From positions 1 through 64,000 of IMG/VR virus record IMGVR_UViG_3300036863_000086: a DNA stretch of 64,000 nt. The stretch is one strand, 5' to 3'. Positions 58,741 to 64,000 of this stretch are shown piece after piece; positions within the stretch are counted from its first letter, which is position 1; each line of letters opens with the position of its first letter. This DNA is from a virus. The notes below the pieces were generated by a model. That model worked only from the letters and a program-made list of their open reading frames with translations. It was not told the origin of the DNA and ran no database searches. The position numbers and the translations under genes were made by a program.

Positions 58741-58941
58741 ATGAGCGAGTACCAGCGAAAGATTTCGGTCGATGACCTGCATGTCGGGACGTTCGTGAAA
58801 GTGCGCGACAACTTCGGCGGCTTGTGGTCGGCGGAAGTCATCGGATTCACCAGGAACGGAACGATCGAGTTCATCGTTTCTGGTGACGACAAGGTTCGTC
58901 GTGGCACGCTGACCACGATTGCAGAAATCGTGCAGCCATGA
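58741..58941 (+). CDS. small SH3-like beta protein
   Basis: AAGGA RBS; DL.VG..V.V. Confidence 0.55.
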   Translation: MSEYQRKISVDDLHVGTFVKVRDNFGGLWSAEVIGFTRNGTIEFIVSGDDKVRRGTLTTIAEIVQP

Positions 58942-59180
58942 CCACCATGCTGCATCGTAGGGTCGCTATGCAGAGCGTAGCGATCAAGGCGATGTTTTCC
59001 AAGGCCGAGATGCTCGAACTTCCACGGCGCGCGTTACTGGCGATGTTGAACGAGAACCTTCCGCTCGTTGATCCGAGCGATAGCAAGAAAGTTCGACTCG
59101 CTCGGATCGCCACCATTCAGGATCGAGTGAACCTCGCGCGATACCGCGCTGGCCTGAAAAGGTGGGAGCAACCACGATGA
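58938..59180 (+). CDS. hypothetical protein (tandem paralog 1)
   Basis: MFSKAEMLELPRRALLAMLNEN...QDR...LARY. Confidence 0.6.
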   Translation: MTTMLHRRVAMQSVAIKAMFSKAEMLELPRRALLAMLNENLPLVDPSDSKKVRLARIATIQDRVNLARYRAGLKRWEQPR

Positions 59181-59425
59181 TGCTCGTCGAAGAATTCCTC
59201 AAGTTGCTCGACGAGAAGATCGCCGAGCAGGACGTGAAGATTTTTTGGATGTTTTCCAAGGCCGAGATTTTCGAGCTGAATCGGCGTGAGCTGCTGGCGC
59301 TGTTGAACGAAAACGATCCAAAAGCGGAAGTCCAGGCTGTCCTGCAAGATCGGCTGGATGACGTGGCCGGCCGGGCGGATCTCGCGCGATATCTCGCCGA
59401 GCGAAAAGAAGCTGGTGCGGCATGA
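59177..59425 (+). CDS. hypothetical protein (tandem paralog 2)
   Basis: MFSKAEIFELNRRELLALLNEN...QDR...LARY. Confidence 0.6.
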   Translation: MMLVEEFLKLLDEKIAEQDVKIFWMFSKAEIFELNRRELLALLNENDPKAEVQAVLQDRLDDVAGRADLARYLAERKEAGAA

Positions 59426-59578
59426 TGCTGCCAGTCGCAGTCATCAAGGAAATCGAGTCCACCTACGCACTGCTCTGGGCTGACTGAATCAACCTCGAAA
59501 CAATCCACTTCCACGCGCCAAACAACAATCCAAAAGTATGTTGGCGGGTTTTTCCATGTCTGGTAAGGGAAGTGCGAC

Positions 59579-60061
59579 ATGGAGTTTCGCAAGGGTCCAA
59601 CACTGGACGAATTCTGTGAAATCGTCCAGAAGATTTCCGACGAGCGCTACGACAGCAACGTGATCGTCGGCGACTCGGAAACACTGTCCAAGAACGGAAC
59701 AACCTTCCGGGCGACGTTGCGCGTCAAGGATTCCAAGAAATTCGGCGCGAGAACATCATCGCGCGGCCGGCACACGCCAGCGGCAAGCTGGGAAGCGTTC
59801 CGCGATGTTCTCCGCGAGGTGTTCGACCGCTGGCCGAACACCTACGTTTCTTCGATGCTCGTGTTCATGCTGGGACTGTACGATCCCTGCGAGCATCGCA
59901 AGGCGAGCGGCGAACCGTATCGGCGCCACAAGGAACGGCATCGCCGGCGCGGCTACAACGGAAAAGCACAATTCGAGGAAATGTACCCTGAGACGGCCGC
60001 CGTCAATTGGGGTTCCCAGATATATTGGGCATGCCTCCCTGATCTTTCCATCGAGCGGTGA
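59579..60061 (+). CDS. early hypothetical protein
   Basis: AAGGGA RBS; inside IR pair. Confidence 0.65.
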   Translation: MEFRKGPTLDEFCEIVQKISDERYDSNVIVGDSETLSKNGTTFRATLRVKDSKKFGARTSSRGRHTPAASWEAFRDVLREVFDRWPNTYVSSMLVFMLGLYDPCEHRKASGEPYRRHKERHRRRGYNGKAQFEEMYPETAAVNWGSQIYWACLPDLSIER

Positions 60062-60065
60062 CACG

Positions 60066-60398
60066 ATGCCGGCTATCGTGACCACAGTGAGGGAAATCCC
60101 AACCGCGCCGTACTACGTTCTATCCAACGACAGATTCATGAGCGGTTGGGGCCGGGCGCATACATCGGGCGCGTTTGGAAATCCGTATCCCGACAGAGGG
60201 GCGTTGACCAACACCATCATCCTGCCGTGCGAAAACTGGACGGAAGCGCTGATTGTCAAGGAAAACGCCGAACGTCGTACCGATCAGACGAGAGTTCGGA
60301 TCGTCGTGAACAAACCGCGACTCCGTTCTGAGCACGTCTATTCGCTCCTGACAAGACTAACCGCAGAGTGGTGGTTCCAGCCGGGGGCGTTCAAGTAA
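60066..60398 (+). CDS. early hypothetical protein
   Basis: YYV..D.FMSGWG.A motif; ATG 60066. Confidence 0.65.
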   Translation: MPAIVTTVREIPTAPYYVLSNDRFMSGWGRAHTSGAFGNPYPDRGALTNTIILPCENWTEALIVKENAERRTDQTRVRIVVNKPRLRSEHVYSLLTRLTAEWWFQPGAFK

Positions 60399-60440
60399 CC
60401 AACGAAAAACCCGCCAACTTACTTTTGGAAGATCCGAGTA

Positions 60441-60947
60441 TCGTGCAATTAATTGGGAACAGTAACGGCGAGAATCACGATAGCTGAGAGCCCGTAAAAG
60501 GGAATATACCAATATCGTGATTAGGGCACGATCGCCCTGGGCCGGTCGGTTCAATCCGGCTGGATCGCAACCAAACAGCGGAAGAACAGAGCCAGCTTAA
60601 CCGCTGGCATCCGGTTACTGTTCCCAATTGATTGTACGACAAATTAGAATTGAGATAGGGAACGCACCCGGACGGCATAACCCTGCTAGGTTTGCTAAGG
60701 GTCCGCCGTAGCAGCGGAAACGGGATATAGAGGGACCGCCCTATCTCAAAACCACGCGCCTAGCTGCAAAACGGCCTCGGGCCGGATCTGGTTCTCAGCG
60801 TGGGTTCTAGGGAAGCACGAATAGGAGCTGGTAATAAGGCTTCCCAGCTAACTTTCGCAGGATCTAAGGACCACAGGGATGCAGGTCTACAACCGCATTT
60901 CGACAAAACCCAAATGGTGAGGTTTCGTCGTTATCCCTGTGGTCCTT
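60441..60947 (+). ncRNA. cluster of multi-branched structured non-coding elements
   Basis: Closing stems 60441-66/60614-39, 60650-60/60739-49, 60866-80/60933-47; T-loop-like GGTTCAATCC. Confidence 0.6.
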
Positions 60948-60983
60948 TGATTCTACGACGAGACAACGAACAAGGGTAAACAG

Positions 60984-61196
60984 ATGGATTTCTACCCGAT
61001 TTGGGGAGAACGGCTTTATGAGTCGTCCGATGGACGATACCGGCTTTCCAGAGATTCTCATGGGCGCTGGTGGATTCTCCGCGTCCGGCAGTTCAACTCC
61101 GGTCCAAAGACGATGCTGGTTCCCTATTCGTTCCGAACGCTCGATAACGCAATCGAAGCGTTCGATGATGGAACCGTCAAAATTTGGGAACGATGA
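60984..61196 (+). CDS. hypothetical protein
   Basis: AAGGG RBS. Confidence 0.55.
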   Translation: MDFYPIWGERLYESSDGRYRLSRDSHGRWWILRVRQFNSGPKTMLVPYSFRTLDNAIEAFDDGTVKIWER

Positions 61197-61203
61197 CTCT
61201 GCG

Positions 61204-61275
61204 GCGCCTGTACCTTAATGGAAAGAGGGATAGTTTCCTAAACTATTTGTGCAGGTTCGATTCCTGCCAGGCGCG
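61204..61275 (+). tRNA. tRNA-Arg(CCT)
   Basis: GCGCCTG/CAGGCGC; ATAGT-TTCCTAA-ACTAT; GTTCGATTC. Confidence 0.85.
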
Positions 61276-61276
61276 C

Positions 61277-61419
61277 AAGAAACTTGGGCTAGCCGCGTAC
61301 TCCACTACGGTAATGGGAGAGCTATACGAAAGTGCCCGGCAACCTGAAAGCGCCTTACGGTGTATCCACCTTACGGTGCATCCATGTCGACGCCGGTAAG
61401 CCTTCCGCCCAAGTTTCTT
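61277..61419 (+). ncRNA. structured non-coding element between tRNAs
   Basis: 13-bp closing stem AAGAAACTTGGGC/GCCCAAGTTTCTT. Confidence 0.45.
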
Positions 61420-61425
61420 TTTCAT

Positions 61426-61503
61426 GGCGAGAGTAGCTTAATTAGGTAAAGCGCTTGCTTGTGGCGCAAGTTATTGCCGGTTCAAATCCGGTCTCTCGCC
61501 CCA
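61426..61503 (+). tRNA. tRNA-His(GTG) with G-1 and encoded CCA
   Basis: CTTGC-TTGTGGC-GCAAG; 8-bp acceptor. Confidence 0.9.
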
Positions 61504-61504
61504 A

Positions 61505-61582
61505 TGGTCGGTAGCTTAATTCACTCGGCAAAGCAGCGGTCTCCAAAACCGCGAGATGGGGGTTCGAGTCCCTTCCGACCAG
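61505..61582 (+). tRNA. tRNA-Trp(CCA)
   Basis: GCGGT-CTCCAAA-ACCGC; GTTCGAGTC. Confidence 0.9.
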
Positions 61583-61586
61583 CTAC

Positions 61587-61661
61587 GGCGTGGTAGCTCA
61601 GTTTGGTTAGAGTGCTGCCCTGTCAAGGCAGAGGTCGCGGGTCCAAATCCCGTCCACGCCG
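61587..61661 (+). tRNA. tRNA-Asp(GTC)
   Basis: CTGCC-CTGTCAA-GGCAG; variant T loop TCCAAAT. Confidence 0.88.
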
Positions 61662-61684
61662 CAATTGTGGGGAAAGGACAATCA

Positions 61685-61876
61685 GTGTCAAAGCTAAAAG
61701 TTACTGTAACTGGAATTCTAGATGTTCCAGAAGATCAGCTAGAACCGGCATACGAAGCATCCTCAATCCAAGAAGCCGCCAAAAACTTAGTCGCCTGGTA
61801 TAAAGATGGCTCAGCAGACCTTTTTGCTGACCTATCCGTGGTGGATGAGTTGAAGGTAACTGTCGAGCCGGTATAA
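61685..61876 (+). CDS. hypothetical protein (63 aa)
   Basis: GAAAGGA RBS before GTG 61685. Confidence 0.6.
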   Translation: MSKLKVTVTGILDVPEDQLEPAYEASSIQEAAKNLVAWYKDGSADLFADLSVVDELKVTVEPV

Positions 61877-61977
61877 TTCGGAGTTGCCAGACCCGAGTCT
61901 CCATACCTGCGTACGAGGATTTCTGGAGATAAGCCGAAAACCTAAAGCGCTACGGGAAAGTAGGCATCTGGCACCAA

Positions 61978-62051
61978 GCGCCATTCTGCTAAACGGATGA
62001 GGCTACCACTCTCTCACGGTGGAGGTAGGAGTTCGAATCTCCTATGGCGCG
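61978..62051 (+). tRNA. tRNA-Glu(CTC)
   Basis: CCACT-CTCTCAC-GGTGG; GTTCGAATC. Confidence 0.85.
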
Positions 62052-62082
62052 CGAAATTGTTGGACTGGAAGGAAGTTGAACA

Positions 62083-62214
62083 ATGGATAAGATAGTGCAA
62101 ATCGAGATCGAATATGACGACGGCAGTACGGCTTTCTGGACAATCAAGGAAGACGACGAACGGCTGGCAAAAGTCGAGGAAATCCTCGGAACGCCAGATC
62201 AGCAGAATCTCTAG
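62083..62214 (+). CDS. small acidic protein (43 aa)
   Basis: Read manually; AAGGA RBS. Confidence 0.55.
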   Translation: MDKIVQIEIEYDDGSTAFWTIKEDDERLAKVEEILGTPDQQNL

Positions 62215-62220
62215 CAACAT

Positions 62221-62293
62221 GCGCGGTTCGGCTAATGGTTTAGGCTATCAGACTTTCAATCTGATGATGCGGGTTCGAATCCCGTACTGCGCA
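62221..62293 (+). tRNA. tRNA-Glu(TTC)
   Basis: TCAGA-CTTTCAA-TCTGA; GTTCGAATC. Confidence 0.9.
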
Positions 62294-62650
62294 CAATGGG
62301 GCCGGACGACCGGATAAGCATAGGAACGAGCGCGCTAAAGTTTTGGGTCGGTTGGGCGCGAACGTGAGATCGTCATTCCTATCGCCCCAGATTTTTGCTG
62401 AGAACACAGGCCCGCCGGGTACGCGCAACGCCAGTGTGGTTCAACGGTTGCATTCTGGAACGATGGACGTGGTTAGGGACCGACATCGTGCCGATTGGTC
62501 GCGTACTGCGCCCCCTTTACGGAAACTTCTAGATCCATATCCGCGCGGATTTAGAAAGTCCATGAAGGACCGAGCCTTATCATGGGAGGGTTAAATCGAG
62601 ATGGCGGCATAACTCCCTCCCACCCTTTTCGGAAACCCAAGGATAGCGAA

Positions 62651-62926
62651 GTGCAGATCATGTTTCACTACATGGATAAGCGACGGAACCACGAAATCGC
62701 CGACGCTCCATGGCGAAAGTTGGACTTCGTTCCCAACAACATGCTGCGCGATCTTGACCATTGGCACGATGCAGAAACATTTCCATTCTACGACCCGGAC
62801 CTAGATGCCAGAGACATCGCCGACGTGCCACATGGTCATTGGATCGCGCACAAGCACGGCAGATACCAAGAACACGCGCATTACGTTCTCTGCACGGAAG
62901 ACCATGAAAGTGAAGGAGCTAAATGA
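62651..62926 (+). CDS. His/Asp-rich hypothetical protein
   Basis: AAGGA RBS; start 62651 or 62660. Confidence 0.55.
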   Translation: MQIMFHYMDKRRNHEIADAPWRKLDFVPNNMLRDLDHWHDAETFPFYDPDLDARDIADVPHGHWIAHKHGRYQEHAHYVLCTEDHESEGAK

Positions 62927-63014
62927 ATTACGATCCGTACGATGACGACGAGCCAATTGACAGCGGCGACGAAGTTGGTCCATAGCCATCACGAAAGTTT
63001 TTAAAAGGTGAGTG

Positions 63015-63320
63015 ATGGCGACTGTTCGAATCAGCGAAAAGGATCTCCGAGATCCAAGATTCAAGCGCCTGCGAAACATGGTCAAAGAAGCAGGCGGGCT
63101 TGATGATGAGAATGACGAGGTTGTCGACAAGGAAGAATTTGGCGATCGACTTGTCCCACGAGAACTGACACTTTCGGAGCGCATCGAAAGCATTACGTTT
63201 GTGAAGCAATTCTCGGGCTACAGCAAAGAGCAAGTTGATGCGTTTCTCGATGATGTCGGTCGGCACGTCGAAAAGATGGAAAAAGAAATCCGTCGGCTTC
63301 GTCGGCGACTCGGAAGGTAA
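63015..63320 (+). CDS. DivIVA-domain-containing protein
   Basis: ITFVKQFSGYSKEQVDAFLDDV...E...LR matches DivIVA N-terminal F....GY...EVD.FLD. Confidence 0.7.
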   Translation: MATVRISEKDLRDPRFKRLRNMVKEAGGLDDENDEVVDKEEFGDRLVPRELTLSERIESITFVKQFSGYSKEQVDAFLDDVGRHVEKMEKEIRRLRRRLGR

Positions 63321-63325
63321 CAAAA

Positions 63326-63397
63326 CCGGGTGTCATTCAACGGTTAGGATCTCTGCCTTCCAAGCAGATGATGCGGGTTCGATTCCCGTCACCCGGT
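63326..63397 (+). tRNA. tRNA-Gly(TCC)
   Basis: TCTGC-CTTCCAA-GCAGA; GTTCGATTC. Confidence 0.9.
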
Positions 63398-63430
63398 CTA
63401 CGTTTTTCCGTAACCGAAACGAGGGTAAGG

Positions 63431-63586
63431 ATGCTCAGGCTAAGTAAGAAACTCGGTACGTGGTTCGTGACCCCAAACGATTGCGAACTGTACGAACTTC
63501 CCATGGTCATCGACCGCGAGGAATTTGCCCTGGCGTTGGAACTTGGCGACCGTGCCAGCCAGGCGCTAAATCTGCGCTGGCAGTAG
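63431..63586 (+). CDS. small hypothetical protein
   Basis: GAGGG RBS, ATG 63431. Confidence 0.55.
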   Translation: MLRLSKKLGTWFVTPNDCELYELPMVIDREEFALALELGDRASQALNLRWQ

Positions 63587-63602
63587 AGAAAACGAGGTAA
63601 GG

Positions 63603-63761
63603 ATGCTCAGGCAATTTGAAGTTCTCGTGTCCAATTCTCTGTCCATGCGCCGTCGCTGGCGCAAAGTATGGGGATTCAATGCCGCCGATGCGCGGAACCA
63701 CTGCCCACTGCTCATTGGGTATGAGCGTACACTCGGCCCGGTCAGAGAAGTTGAAATCTGA
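63603..63761 (+). CDS. small hypothetical protein (52 aa)
   Basis: Read manually; translation-initiation region duplicated from the previous gene. Confidence 0.5.
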   Translation: MLRQFEVLVSNSLSMRRRWRKVWGFNAADARNHCPLLIGYERTLGPVREVEI

Positions 63762-63922
63762 TGCTAAGGTTCGCTGGTGTAGCGTTGCTGGTCATCGCGG
63801 TCCTCGACCTGCTTTTCACTAACGACCTTCACCACAATTTCACGCCGGATTGGATCGTCGGCGGTGCGGGGCTGGTCGCGCTAATTGTCGACCGACTCGC
63901 GCCACACGAAGATGGTGACTGA
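63761..63922 (+). CDS. small two-TM membrane protein (53 aa)
   Basis: Read manually; TGATG overlap. Confidence 0.5.
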   Translation: MLRFAGVALLVIAVLDLLFTNDLHHNFTPDWIVGGAGLVALIVDRLAPHEDGD

Positions 63923-64000
63923 AAGGAACCGAAACCAAATGCTGGAGTGCCAGGACAAGAACGTAAACTGCACTGGTGAAATCCATACCTACGACATCAC

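Larger units (their letters stand above)
54218..60639 (+). repeat. series of 10 back-to-back long inverted-repeat pairs enclosing early gene cassettes
   Basis: Pairs listed in findings; 26-56 bp each, mismatches often G-U compatible on + strand. Confidence 0.85.

Noticed and set aside
60866-60947. Hammerhead ribozyme
   Set aside because: Three-way junction present, but no CUGANGA core on either strand
62299-62625. tmRNA
   Set aside because: Starts GGGGCC, but no T-arm/acceptor 3' end or tag reading frame could be identified
61204-63397. Suppressor tRNA / alternative genetic code
   Set aside because: All nine anticodons read are sense, and conserved genes are uninterrupted in code 11

Overview
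This window is most of a tailed (siphovirus-type) phage genome, probably infecting an actinobacterium (DUF1906 lysin, DivIVA-like domain, RHH regulator, GGAGG Shine-Dalgarno sites). No integrase is visible. Layout: (i) 1-6.2 kb, + strand: replication genes (ParB-like protein, UDG-fused family A DNA polymerase, RuvC-like resolvase) and two tRNA-Thr genes. (ii) 6.3-44.0 kb, - strand: late operon with terminase, portal, Mu-like protease, scaffold, capsid, tail, tape measure, lysis genes, two free-standing homing endonucleases and many accessory virion proteins. (iii) 44.15-49.6 kb, + strand: a TIGR-Tas-like RNA-guide locus. Three dual-repeat arrays (about 16+19+53 = 88 units of about 36 nt, AGCCA-N9-TGAAAYCCA-N9-TGCG) surround a nuclease-less Nop/IS110-like protein and four small cargo genes, and a SAM methyltransferase follows. 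(iv) 51.2-53.4 kb: a repetitive, partly AT-rich putative terminus/control region. (v) 53.5-64 kb, + strand: early region. It opens with a long structured leader carrying boxA-like motifs. It is then tiled by back-to-back 26-56 bp inverted repeats, each pair enclosing one to three small genes or a non-coding structured RNA, and ends in a cluster of 7 tRNAs. All calls come from reading motifs by eye; no database search was run.
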